From the IMG/VR virus record IMGVR_UViG_3300023108_002122: a stretch of 64,000 bases of DNA; one strand, written 5' to 3'. Each line of letters starts with the position of its first letter. Position 1 is the stretch's first letter. The notes under the pieces were generated by a model that was given only the letters and a program-made list of their open reading frames with translations, did not search any database and had not been told where the DNA came from. The DNA is from an uncultured virus (IMG/VR IMGVR_UViG_3300023108_002122) (lineage: Duplodnaviria; Heunggongvirae; Uroviricota; Caudoviricetes). The position numbers and the translations under genes were made by a program. Positions 1-9,066 of the stretch are shown here, piece by piece.

Positions 1-218
1 CCACGCATATCTGATCCAGTAAAATCACAACCGTCCATTACTAATCCATCAAAGCTTACACCTCTAAAGTCTTGATTTCTAAAATCACAATTCTTAAATT
101 TGTATTTACCATCACCGGCCGTTCGGTCATGCTGAGTTGTTGTAAGATTTTCTCCTATTGCAATAATATCAAGTAAATCTTCATCATATTTTAATTTTCC
201 ATTTCTTGTATAAATCAT
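1..218 (-). CDS. Pentapeptide-repeat protein (partial, runs off left edge)
   Basis: Hand translation MIYTRNGKLK...NCDFRNQDFRGVSFDGLVMDGCDFTGSDMR shows 5-residue periodicity; ATG overlaps the stop of 215..1000 (ATGA). Confidence 0.7.
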   Translation of the reverse strand, partial: MIYTRNGKLKYDEDLLDIIAIGENLTTTQHDRTAGDGKYKFKNCDFRNQDFRGVSFDGLVMDGCDFTGSDMR

Positions 219-1000
219 AATACTAACCTTACGTATTTGTTTTCTTCATAATCTTTATCACAGGTAAATCCAGCTGCTGTAAAAGCATAAATAAATTTTT
301 TACTCGGTAAACTCCAAACTTCTTTACAAAAATGTAATTTTGCTTGATTTATCACTTCTTCGAGTAATAATTTAGATAATCCCATTCCTCTATAATTGGG
401 ATCTACCCATAATCCTCGTGATCGATAATACATACCAGTAGCATAACCCGAGTTAACTCCAATAAGTTTATTATTATCATATAAACCGAAAAAGTCTGGC
501 TCGTCTGTTGCAGGAGGATAATTAGAATCTACATGCACTTTAAAAGAGTCTAAGCCAGGCCATAATTTATTATCCCATATTTCTTTTATTTCCTTAAAAG
601 AAATTTCTTTTATTTTAAATTCATATCCTAATAATGTAGAAATAGGTGTATTATATTTTGGATTGACGAGCTTAGTTGTTGGTTTGATTTGTTTTAATTG
701 ACCAAAGTTTTTAATAACTTCTATTGTATTTTCTATATCATTAGAAATAAATTTATCAATCACAAATAAATGTGTTACATTATTAACCATATCTAAATGA
801 TCAGTACCTATTGCAATTACATCTAATTTATCTGTTTTTATTTGTTCCCAAATAAAATTTCGTACTTTTTCGTCTTTAGGCCAAGTATAATCAGCAGTTA
901 CTATAATAGATTCTATATTATGAGGAAATATATTTTCTCTATAATAAGTTGCTGCTATATCATTCTTTAAAAAGATTACATTATTAATATCAAGTTCCAC
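215..1000 (-). CDS. GNAT-family acetyltransferase domain protein (C-terminal GNAT)
   Basis: LWVDPNYRGMGLSKLLLEEVI matches the acetyl-CoA binding motif A. Confidence 0.75.
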   Translation of the reverse strand: MELDINNVIFLKNDIAATYYRENIFPHNIESIIVTADYTWPKDEKVRNFIWEQIKTDKLDVIAIGTDHLDMVNNVTHLFVIDKFISNDIENTIEVIKNFGQLKQIKPTTKLVNPKYNTPISTLLGYEFKIKEISFKEIKEIWDNKLWPGLDSFKVHVDSNYPPATDEPDFFGLYDNNKLIGVNSGYATGMYYRSRGLWVDPNYRGMGLSKLLLEEVINQAKLHFCKEVWSLPSKKFIYAFTAAGFTCDKDYEENKYVRLVL

Positions 1001-2270
1001 GTATAGACATCCCAGTAATTCTATAATTCCAACTTATATCTGTATAAGATGAAAATAGTTTTGCAACATCGTGCATATTATTTTTCTTCTTTTTATATTT
1101 ATAGGACAAATAGTGCCATTGTTTTACGAAATCTGGATCTGAAAATAAACTAAACCAAGTATTATCATAATCTTGAGATTCTCCCCACAAACGATAAGAT
1201 GCTATTTCAGTTCTATAAAATGCAAGCATTTTTTCATAAGGATCTTTATCTATCCTATTCCATTTTTCAGTAAAATAGTTTAATATAAAATGATATCCAG
1301 CATTTTTTTCTACGTTTGAAATAATAGTAGAAGGAGTATTTTGAAAATGACTACTAGTTGCATTAGTAAAAATATTTACTAGATCTTCTATTTTTGGGTT
1401 ATTTGTAGATGCTAAATAATTATGAGAGTATTTTACGATATCACCTACAATATATCCTCCTCCTACTTCACCAGACATTGCTATATCGCCTTTATCTTTT
1501 ACTGCATGTCTTTTAACAGAAAATTGGCCGGCATGCCAATGTGTATCTTCGCACCAATAAGTATCTTTCGAAAAATGTCTAGTGTTATTAACATTAAGAT
1601 ATTCTATATTCCATCCTATATTCTCGTAATCTTTAGCAGCATTAATATCAATTAAGTTTTTTACATTATCACTATGTACTTTTACTAAGCGCGGATTAAA
1701 TCCAAAATGTTTTAAAGCCATTGCAAGAAAAGCAGAATCTTTACCACCGCTAAACGATACTACTGGATCGAGATTATGAATATGAGAAAATATTCTCTCT
1801 AAACATTTTAAAGTTTTATTAGGATCTGGTTCAGAGATAGAATCTTCATTTAATAAATCCATATAACGAGATTGCTTTGTATTAATACAATAATGTTCAG
1901 GCATTATTTGTTCAATCTCATTATAGCGAGTTAATTCACCAACAGTAAATTGTTTTATTATATTTTTTTGTTCATGCCAAAGTTTACAATCAGTTAATTG
2001 ATCTGTATCTTTTATTAGATCTCTAAGGTTATCACTAATTTTATTTTTTGTATAGTAAAGATTTGTAGTTGCATAATGATCTACACAACCTATCCAATAA
2101 TCGTTATCGATATAAACATATGCAAATTGACCACGTATATCTTTTGGTGGATCTCTATTTTCTAATTTGTTATAAAGATCTTCGTGTGAATAATTTGAGT
2201 ATCCATATATCCATAATTTGTTTTTAAAACAAGTAAATTGTCTCTTTGGATTTTTATTGAGAAATATCAT
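990..2270 (-). CDS. Asparagine synthetase-like / N-type ATP pyrophosphatase
   Basis: PP-loop SFSGGKDS; N-terminal RGQFAYV..VDH..LYY resembles a degenerate Ntn glutaminase domain lacking Cys1. Confidence 0.65.
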   Translation of the reverse strand: MIFLNKNPKRQFTCFKNKLWIYGYSNYSHEDLYNKLENRDPPKDIRGQFAYVYIDNDYWIGCVDHYATTNLYYTKNKISDNLRDLIKDTDQLTDCKLWHEQKNIIKQFTVGELTRYNEIEQIMPEHYCINTKQSRYMDLLNEDSISEPDPNKTLKCLERIFSHIHNLDPVVSFSGGKDSAFLAMALKHFGFNPRLVKVHSDNVKNLIDINAAKDYENIGWNIEYLNVNNTRHFSKDTYWCEDTHWHAGQFSVKRHAVKDKGDIAMSGEVGGGYIVGDIVKYSHNYLASTNNPKIEDLVNIFTNATSSHFQNTPSTIISNVEKNAGYHFILNYFTEKWNRIDKDPYEKMLAFYRTEIASYRLWGESQDYDNTWFSLFSDPDFVKQWHYLSYKYKKKKNNMHDVAKLFSSYTDISWNYRITGMSIRGT

Positions 2271-2389
2271 TCGTAATATTTACCAGACTTTTTCAATTCT
2301 TTTTTCTTATCTTTTACAACACGCATACGAAAAAGCGGTGTTCGAACCGCTTGTTTAATTTTATTTTTTATTGATTTAGTCTTTTTCAT
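2267..2389 (-). CDS. 40-aa basic protein, ArfA-like motif (not in ORF track)
   Basis: MKKTKSIKNKIKQAVRTPLFRMRVVKDKKKELKKSGKYYE; perfect sigma70 promoter directly upstream; ATGA overlap with next gene. Confidence 0.6.
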   Translation of the reverse strand: MKKTKSIKNKIKQAVRTPLFRMRVVKDKKKELKKSGKYYE

Positions 2390-2394
2390 AGTTT

Positions 2395-2423
2395 ATTATA
2401 TCATACAAAACAAGATATGTCAA
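2395..2423 (-). promoter_or_regulatory. sigma70-type early promoter
   Basis: TTGACA-N17-TATAAT on minus strand, 5 nt before the ATG at 2389. Confidence 0.8.
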
Positions 2424-4160
2424 CTATTTATCAAATACTAAGCTAAAATTTTTAGAAATAAAATGAACAATTGTTACATCTACCTCTCTCATTATTTGTT
2501 CGAACCTTCCTTTTGCAGTTTTAAAAGAAATGGAATTTGTATTAAATTCTGCTTTACTACCATAATATTGTTTAAAGTGGAAAGATTCTGGTAATCTATA
2601 AATTAATACATCATTTTTTTGACATTTATATGAAAATATAGTTTCATTATCATAACCAAAAGAAGCTCTTATATTTTCTGGATAAAATGAATATTCGTCT
2701 TCTTTAAGTTCCTTCATTGTTTTAATAATCTCATCTATATTACTAAAATAATCTAATTTATCCATACCATATCTTGATGCACAAATAACACCTGTATTAT
2801 ATACATTATTATCTGGTTCTAAATTATCTTCATTTAATAGAGCATGAGCATTCCAATATTTTGCTTGTGGATTTCTAAAATCTTTTTGATAATGAGTAAA
2901 GTACGCCTGAGACTTATCATAAATGTGTAGTTTATGTTTATCATCATATTGACAACAAATAGCATAGTCTACTGGTACAGTATCAAATATATCTCTGTGA
3001 TTTCTAAACCAAACATCATAATCAATGTACATGACATAATCATACTCATAAGTAAGTTTATCAAGCAAATAAATTTTATATAAATTTATAGCATCATATT
3101 CTGATAAATCAGGAAATTTTTTTATAAAATTTTCGTATTTTTCATCCCTTGTAAATCTTAAATAAGTTGCATCAATTGCTTTTGCATAATCTTTATGATT
3201 TTGAATTAATTCATTTTCATATTTTGCAAATTGTTCTTGTGCTATTTTACTTTTATTTTTTTCATTATCACGATAGCTTGGAGGAGCATCTAATTTATTA
3301 TCGTCTATGTGAACATATAATGAAAAAATACATTTTGTTTTCTTATTAAAAAATGCATTGAATTGTTTATTAATATAATGTATACAATGAGCATCAACTT
3401 TATCAGCAGGTCTATGATCATATATTTTATGCCATTTATCATCAAAAATTACATAAGGTATTTTATACTTTTCTAAAATATATGAAAAAATAGATTCATT
3501 ATTTGCAAAATATAAATTTTCAAAAAATCGATTTAAATTTTCTTTTTTAATTTCTTGAATTTTTATAATGGCTTCTTTCATTCTTTCAATGAAATGAATT
3601 TTTTTAATATGCTCAGAGTTAGCTAGCATAATACCAGTATTAATTACATGATTATCTCCACCATCTAATAAATCTTTCGTAATATGGTATTTGAGAACAG
3701 GACTTCTTAAACCAACTTGATCTAAATTAAGAGCTTCTTTATTTTTAGAAACTATATCATAATCTTGATCTTTAATATGAATACCTTTTGATAAATCGTG
3801 CTCATCAAATATATTTAAATCTGTATTAAACACAACATCCATATCAACATACATAACTTCATCATATTCTTCAGCAAGTTGAGCAAATAAATGGTGTTTA
3901 TATAAATTTATTTTAGTAAACTCTAATTCAGTATCTACGTCAAATTCCTTCATTGTATTATGAAAGAATTTAAAATCTACATTAATCTTTTTTGCATAGT
4001 CTTCTTTATTAGTTACTAATAAATCAAAATAATCTTTTGTAATTAATTCTTTAGCAACGCTAGCGTCTTTTTCAGCAGATAAATCTATTTTACGCTTTCC
4101 TAAATATTTACGAGAATCAATTTTTATATCATCATATAATGTAAAAATAACTCTTTTCAT
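2424..4160 (-). CDS. Tandem-duplicated GT-A glycosyltransferase (two nucleotide-diphospho-sugar transferase domains)
   Basis: Two internal repeats, each with DxD (YVDMDVV, YIDYDVW), NTG, NE(S/T)IFSY and H(Y/F)I(N/S)K. Confidence 0.75.
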   Translation of the reverse strand: MKRVIFTLYDDIKIDSRKYLGKRKIDLSAEKDASVAKELITKDYFDLLVTNKEDYAKKINVDFKFFHNTMKEFDVDTELEFTKINLYKHHLFAQLAEEYDEVMYVDMDVVFNTDLNIFDEHDLSKGIHIKDQDYDIVSKNKEALNLDQVGLRSPVLKYHITKDLLDGGDNHVINTGIMLANSEHIKKIHFIERMKEAIIKIQEIKKENLNRFFENLYFANNESIFSYILEKYKIPYVIFDDKWHKIYDHRPADKVDAHCIHYINKQFNAFFNKKTKCIFSLYVHIDDNKLDAPPSYRDNEKNKSKIAQEQFAKYENELIQNHKDYAKAIDATYLRFTRDEKYENFIKKFPDLSEYDAINLYKIYLLDKLTYEYDYVMYIDYDVWFRNHRDIFDTVPVDYAICCQYDDKHKLHIYDKSQAYFTHYQKDFRNPQAKYWNAHALLNEDNLEPDNNVYNTGVICASRYGMDKLDYFSNIDEIIKTMKELKEDEYSFYPENIRASFGYDNETIFSYKCQKNDVLIYRLPESFHFKQYYGSKAEFNTNSISFKTAKGRFEQIMREVDVTIVHFISKNFSLVFDK

Positions 4161-4795
4161 CTACCAATCACCATATATCTATTACAATTTTCAAGTTCTT
4201 TTTCATTTGAATAAAATACATCTATTAAGTTAAATGATTTTATAAACTCTTCAAGAGAATTGTGTGTATTAATATGACTTTGTACATCATGATAATTATT
4301 ACCTTGAAAACATATAATTGTATCTTTTCTTTTTAATGCTAATATTAAATTAAGATCATCTTGTTCCATATGTTCGCAACTTGTATTAATAATTACATCA
4401 AAGCTTTTAATAGTATCAAACAAATAATCTTCAGCATTATTATGAATGAATTTAGTATTTTCTGATATTAAACCTTTTTGTAATACTTCTCCAATTTTTG
4501 GAGATTCTGGATCTGAATCAATATTTCTTATTTCTACATTATCGCTTAAGTGTTGATTGAGCATTGCACTAATAAGTCCATACCAAGAACCTACTATACA
4601 TATACGTTTAGGATTATCTATAAAAGGTAATAAAGTTTCAACGAGCCACTCTTTACTTTCAATTTGACTTTCTTTAACTGAATTAATAATATCAATTGAA
4701 CGATATAAATCTATATCTGTTTCATATTTAGATAATTCATATAATTCTTTTACTGCTTCTAATGCATTTTTATATAGTTTTTCTTTATACGACAT
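4157..4795 (-). CDS. Class I SAM-dependent methyltransferase (likely start MSYKEK)
   Basis: IVGSWYG motif I, acidic end of strand 2 (NIDSD), FDVIINTSCEH. Confidence 0.7.
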   Translation of the reverse strand: MSYKEKLYKNALEAVKELYELSKYETDIDLYRSIDIINSVKESQIESKEWLVETLLPFIDNPKRICIVGSWYGLISAMLNQHLSDNVEIRNIDSDPESPKIGEVLQKGLISENTKFIHNNAEDYLFDTIKSFDVIINTSCEHMEQDDLNLILALKRKDTIICFQGNNYHDVQSHINTHNSLEEFIKSFNLIDVFYSNEKELENCNRYMVIGR

Positions 4796-5384
4796 ATTCA
4801 ATACCATTATACATATCAATTGGTGTAGGAGCTCCATAAGGATTTGCAACACTGTTTACTATACCATTTTCAAATTTATTTAATTTAAATTTTTCATGTA
4901 CTAAAAATCTATCTATGCCTTTATATTTGCGCATAAAATAATCTCTATTCGTCATAAAGTGTTCCCAAATATGATTTTGCTCACCCGCAATCCAAGTAAT
5001 TACTGAACTATTTATTTTAACATCATAAGCATGTTTAGCAAACTCTAAATCTTCTTTCCAATAAGCATTAAGTATTGTTAATCCATCCCAAGTAATAAAT
5101 TGAGAAGGATCTTCTTTAATATCCATATCTAAATCAAAGAATAAGCATTTACCTCTTAATGGAAAGTCTTTACTAAATAATGCTAATTTATTCCACCAAT
5201 ATTTTAATGACGGTTTTTTATATACTCCAATACAATTAATTTTAACACCCTTAATATCATCTGTATAACAATAATAATTTGCTTCTGGATAATATTGTAT
5301 TAATTGCTCATGTAATTTATTTACATGATTTGCTGTATACTTTTTTCCATGTTTAACAAATATAATATTAATTTGTGGTGACAT
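4785..5384 (-). CDS. GT-A glycosyltransferase (GT8-like, phage type)
   Basis: YCYTD, WWNKLALF, LFFDLDM (DxD), NSSV motifs. Confidence 0.7.
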   Translation of the reverse strand: MSPQINIIFVKHGKKYTANHVNKLHEQLIQYYPEANYYCYTDDIKGVKINCIGVYKKPSLKYWWNKLALFSKDFPLRGKCLFFDLDMDIKEDPSQFITWDGLTILNAYWKEDLEFAKHAYDVKINSSVITWIAGEQNHIWEHFMTNRDYFMRKYKGIDRFLVHEKFKLNKFENGIVNSVANPYGAPTPIDMYNGIEYVV

Positions 5385-6447
5385 TTATTTCTTCTCTTAA
5401 CTGATGTTCTTTTTTAGCACGGTTCGAACATTGTCTTTCACAGGGCCATAAAGGTTTTTCTGATTTAAAACTTTCTGGTAAAGTTTTAGTAAACCATTTT
5501 CCATCTACAATTTCTTTGAGAGTATGATTAAAAATATTATAATCTTCTTTATTATCTGTATAATCTTTCCAATGAGGCGAATTAATCCAATCCGTATTAT
5601 CTTTATAATTTGATTTAAAATATCCGTTGTCTATATAACAACAAGGTACTACTTGTCCAAGTGGATTTATAATAATATCATTTCTTGGTAAAGCCCAACG
5701 GCATTTTATTTGATTATCTAATACAAGTTGATTTGGTTTAGCACCTGGAATAAAAGGATTTGTTAAACAATCTCTATTTGCTGGCTCTAATACTTCTTTT
5801 TCGCCATTTTCATTTATAAAAGGATAATTACCATTTTCATCTATTTCACTTCTATCAAATCTATCTGAAATAACATTTGTATGAAATTTTGAACCATTTT
5901 TAATACATAATTCTTTTATTTCATCTAAATAATCTTGATTGTGCTTAAATACGACAGTTTGAGTTTTTGCATTTGCATATGTAGATGCAAATGTTTTCAT
6001 ATTATTTAATACTTTATTTAAATCTGTAAATCTGCGATATTTAGAATGCATCTCTTGATTAATTCCATCAACATCAAATCTTACATTTAGTCGTCGTCCT
6101 CCCATTATACCAAAATTCCACCACCATTCTTCATCTCTAATAGATCCATTTGTTTCTATTTGTACTGTTACAAACTTTGAACTGTTTAAAATATATTCTA
6201 CTATTTCAAATATATCTTTCATCATAATAGAGTCTCCCCACGACCCTACAAATTTAAAATCCTTAACTTTTTTTACATCTTCTGGAGAGAAAGCTTTTTT
6301 GAAATCATCGAGAGACCATTGAACAAGAGGCAGCCATTCTTTTTTCTGCAAATTATTTTTAGAGTTTGTTCTATGACATTGAGGACAACCCGCATTACAA
6401 AACGTACACAGGTCTAAAGTGACTTTTAAATTATCAGTATCCCACAT
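5368..6447 (-). CDS. Radical SAM protein with SPASM/twitch-like C-terminus
   Basis: CNAGCPQC (CxxxCxxC), ETNG, C-terminal GQVVPCC and CERQC. Confidence 0.85.
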   Translation of the reverse strand: MWDTDNLKVTLDLCTFCNAGCPQCHRTNSKNNLQKKEWLPLVQWSLDDFKKAFSPEDVKKVKDFKFVGSWGDSIMMKDIFEIVEYILNSSKFVTVQIETNGSIRDEEWWWNFGIMGGRRLNVRFDVDGINQEMHSKYRRFTDLNKVLNNMKTFASTYANAKTQTVVFKHNQDYLDEIKELCIKNGSKFHTNVISDRFDRSEIDENGNYPFINENGEKEVLEPANRDCLTNPFIPGAKPNQLVLDNQIKCRWALPRNDIIINPLGQVVPCCYIDNGYFKSNYKDNTDWINSPHWKDYTDNKEDYNIFNHTLKEIVDGKWFTKTLPESFKSEKPLWPCERQCSNRAKKEHQLREEINVTTN

Positions 6448-6462
6448 AATATAAAAATTTAA

Positions 6463-6963
6463 TTAATTGGTAATTAGAGACAGTGCTTCTACAACTGATT
6501 GAGCTTTACGAACTTTTCCTTTTAATTCTGCATCAGCATCTTTCATATAATCGCTTTCTAAAGCCCATAATTTAAATTTAAATAAGTAGTCTTTATCTAC
6601 ATTATTTTGTAATATACTTTCAAAAATATCATTGTCAGATGAAAGCATTCTCATCTTTTGCTCATGTATCGCATCTTTTTCATAATTTTGATAAAGACCT
6701 TGCTCAATTAACTGTTTTGCTGCAGCAGCAACTTCTATATTGTGTGCTTCTGAATGCATTCTTTTATATTCTGCTGTTGAGTCTTGTAGTTTTTCTTCAT
6801 CCCAACCTTCTTCAAGTAATGCTTTATAATTTAGATTATTTTCATCAACTTCCACATAAAAAGGAAGAAGAGTTTTTCCATCATCAGACCAATCTATTCT
6901 AATGTTTGTTTGATCCGGATTTATATAATATGCATTTATAATTTTACCACTAAATTCTGCCAT
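6463..6963 (-). CDS. Hypothetical protein
   Basis: 166-aa ORF with AGGAG RBS. Confidence 0.6.
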   Translation of the reverse strand: MAEFSGKIINAYYINPDQTNIRIDWSDDGKTLLPFYVEVDENNLNYKALLEEGWDEEKLQDSTAEYKRMHSEAHNIEVAAAAKQLIEQGLYQNYEKDAIHEQKMRMLSSDNDIFESILQNNVDKDYLFKFKLWALESDYMKDADAELKGKVRKAQSVVEALSLITN

Positions 6964-6975
6964 TTTCTTCTCCTA

Positions 6976-7356
6976 TTACCATGCTTTACAACTCCAGTAC
7001 CTGGCTTTATCTTTAGGTCCTGGATTATCACAATTATGTCTAGCTCTAAAAGATTTACGGCGAGCTGGAATATGCTTTTTAATTGACATATTAGGATCAC
7101 CAAATTCTACTTTTTTAGCCTTACCATCTCCATCAGGATCTACATAAACCTTTGATTTTTTAACATCACCCGCAGTAGGTTTATTAAGAGTTACTTCTCT
7201 GCCTTTATAAGTTGCTTCAGAAATCTTATGTTGACCACCGCAAGATTCACATGATTCATCACAACCACAAGTTCCGTCTTCTTTAATTTTATTACCACAG
7301 CAAGAGCATTTATCTCCTACTTTGGCTTCCGTAATAAAGTGTATAAATGATTTCAT
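6976..7356 (-). CDS. Conserved T4-like phage protein with Cys-rich N-terminus (DUF6321-like C-terminus)
   Basis: Likely start MKSFIHF; CSCCG..CGCDESCESC; RRKSFRARHNC..ARYWSC..W. Confidence 0.55.
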   Translation of the reverse strand: MKSFIHFITEAKVGDKCSCCGNKIKEDGTCGCDESCESCGGQHKISEATYKGREVTLNKPTAGDVKKSKVYVDPDGDGKAKKVEFGDPNMSIKKHIPARRKSFRARHNCDNPGPKDKARYWSCKAW

Positions 7357-7357
7357 G

Positions 7358-8347
7358 TTAATTTCCTTTTTTAATTCTAAGAGATTGAGATATTCCAACT
7401 TGTTGAGGTGTACCGTTTGGAAACTCTTGTGTTCTATAATCATCAGCATTTACAAATCTAGTCGTATAACCAGTACCTGTAGGCACTCGTCTTGTATCTA
7501 TCATACTTGTTCCAACTGTTAAACCTGAACCATTAATATTATATGATATTTTCTTAGTTGCGTTATTAGCTAATTCATAATTTATAAATGGAGCAAGCAA
7601 ATCTCTCCAAGATTCTGGAGTATGTACTCGAAGTGTTTCATCTGTTGCATCAAAATATATAGGAAACTGATCTCCACCTGTTATCACTGCATAAGAGGTT
7701 TCAGGATAATCTACCTTATGTAAATAATATGTATTAACTGTTAATGGTTGATATGTAGATTCAGGTATACCACCAGAAGTATATGCACTAGTATCTGCAA
7801 TAGTATCAGCAAAAAATGTTCCTACTTGTGTTGCATTTGCTGGTGCTGCTGCAGTACTTATAAAATAAGTTCCGCCTTGAGCTGTTCCTGTAGCTGAAGT
7901 TGTAAATTGATCTATTACTGGAGTAACAAATGTATCAATAAAATCTTGGCGAGTCATTGCTTGAATTTGATAGTTCTCTGTTGCAGTGTTTGCTAAATAT
8001 ACAGGAAATTGGAAATTATTAAGATCTCCAGTTGGTTGCGGATCAGACCATCTTACTTCTCTACATGAATTGTATACCGTAGAACTTTGAGAAATGTTTG
8101 GTGTTTCAGCTTCTGTTGCAAAACGATCTACTCTAGATGTTGAAGATCCTGCAATATAATATGTATCTGTTAAAGGAAAGCCAGATAATAAATTTGGATC
8201 ACTTCCATAATTACCTATTTGTAATTCAACAGATGGAAGTTGTGCGTGAACCCAACCAGCAAATTCATTTAAATCGTCTATTGCTTCTTGATCGGCTTGC
8301 ACCATATTATTTGATCCATCAAATACAAAGGGGAATACTACTGCCAT
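7358..8347 (-). CDS. Putative virion structural protein
   Basis: Thr/Gly/Ser-rich 329 aa, downstream of late promoters. Confidence 0.5.
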   Translation of the reverse strand: MAVVFPFVFDGSNNMVQADQEAIDDLNEFAGWVHAQLPSVELQIGNYGSDPNLLSGFPLTDTYYIAGSSTSRVDRFATEAETPNISQSSTVYNSCREVRWSDPQPTGDLNNFQFPVYLANTATENYQIQAMTRQDFIDTFVTPVIDQFTTSATGTAQGGTYFISTAAAPANATQVGTFFADTIADTSAYTSGGIPESTYQPLTVNTYYLHKVDYPETSYAVITGGDQFPIYFDATDETLRVHTPESWRDLLAPFINYELANNATKKISYNINGSGLTVGTSMIDTRRVPTGTGYTTRFVNADDYRTQEFPNGTPQQVGISQSLRIKKGN

Positions 8348-8362
8348 GTTATATTCTCCAAG

Positions 8363-8545
8363 TTAATCTCTTGCGCAATAAAGAGTTCTAACTTCTGTAC
8401 CTTGAGAATCAAATATTCTTAAAACATTACTTTGAAATTTAATTGCTGAGTTAATAGTATTTTTTGTGATTGTATCTGTATTTGCGATATTTTGTAATTC
8501 ATACGTATCGCTAATCATTGTGTTGCCTGCTACTTTAATTGCCAT
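8363..8545 (-). CDS. Small putative tail-fibre-associated protein
   Basis: MAIKVAGNTMISD..LQNI N-terminus; strong AGGAGGAG RBS; late promoter upstream. Confidence 0.45.
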   Translation of the reverse strand: MAIKVAGNTMISDTYELQNIANTDTITKNTINSAIKFQSNVLRIFDSQGTEVRTLYCARD

Positions 8546-8583
8546 CTTCGTCTCCTCCTGTAAAATTGACTATTAGCAAAATA

Positions 8584-8605
8584 TATTTATACTTATTTAT
8601 AAATA
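8584..8605. promoter_or_regulatory. Divergent T4-type late promoters (TATAAATA)
   Basis: TATTTATA at 8584-8591 and palindromic TATTTATAAATA at 8594-8605 between divergent genes; gp55 is in the window. Confidence 0.7.
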
Positions 8606-8655
8606 CTAATTGATATGAATTCTTTATTATGCTAAATTAATTAGGAGATTATAAA

Positions 8656-9018
8656 ATGGCAGATGAAGAAGTTAAAAAGGTTAAAACAATTGATGCCTCG
8701 GTAATGGCTGATGCAGACTTAGATGGTGATGGACATATTTCTCAAGAGGAATATGAAATGCATCTTGAATTTAAACGTAAAGAATTAGAAGATGCTGATG
8801 CAATGAGAGATGCGCAAAGAACTATGGCATGGTTCGCTTTATTTGGTATGTTATTATATCCTTTTGCTGTTGTTCTTGCTACAATGTTAACATTAGATCA
8901 AGCTGCTAAGATTCTTGGTGATATGGCTGCTACATACTTTGTATCAGTTGCTGCTATTGTTGCTGCGTTCTTTGGTGGTCAAGCTATGGTAGCCAAAAGC
9001 GGAAAAGAAAAGAAATAA
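8656..9018 (+). CDS. EF-hand plus two-transmembrane protein
   Basis: DLDGDGHISQEE EF-hand loop; two hydrophobic helices; basic C-terminus. Confidence 0.65.
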   Translation: MADEEVKKVKTIDASVMADADLDGDGHISQEEYEMHLEFKRKELEDADAMRDAQRTMAWFALFGMLLYPFAVVLATMLTLDQAAKILGDMAATYFVSVAAIVAAFFGGQAMVAKSGKEKK

Positions 9019-9047
9019 AAAAGGGACCGGCTGGTCCCTTTCTTTTT
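9017..9047. terminator. Bidirectional intrinsic terminator
   Basis: AAAGGGACC-GGCT-GGTCCCTTT with A/T tracts between convergent genes. Confidence 0.8.
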
Positions 9048-9066
9048 GAGTATTCTAATTGCTATA

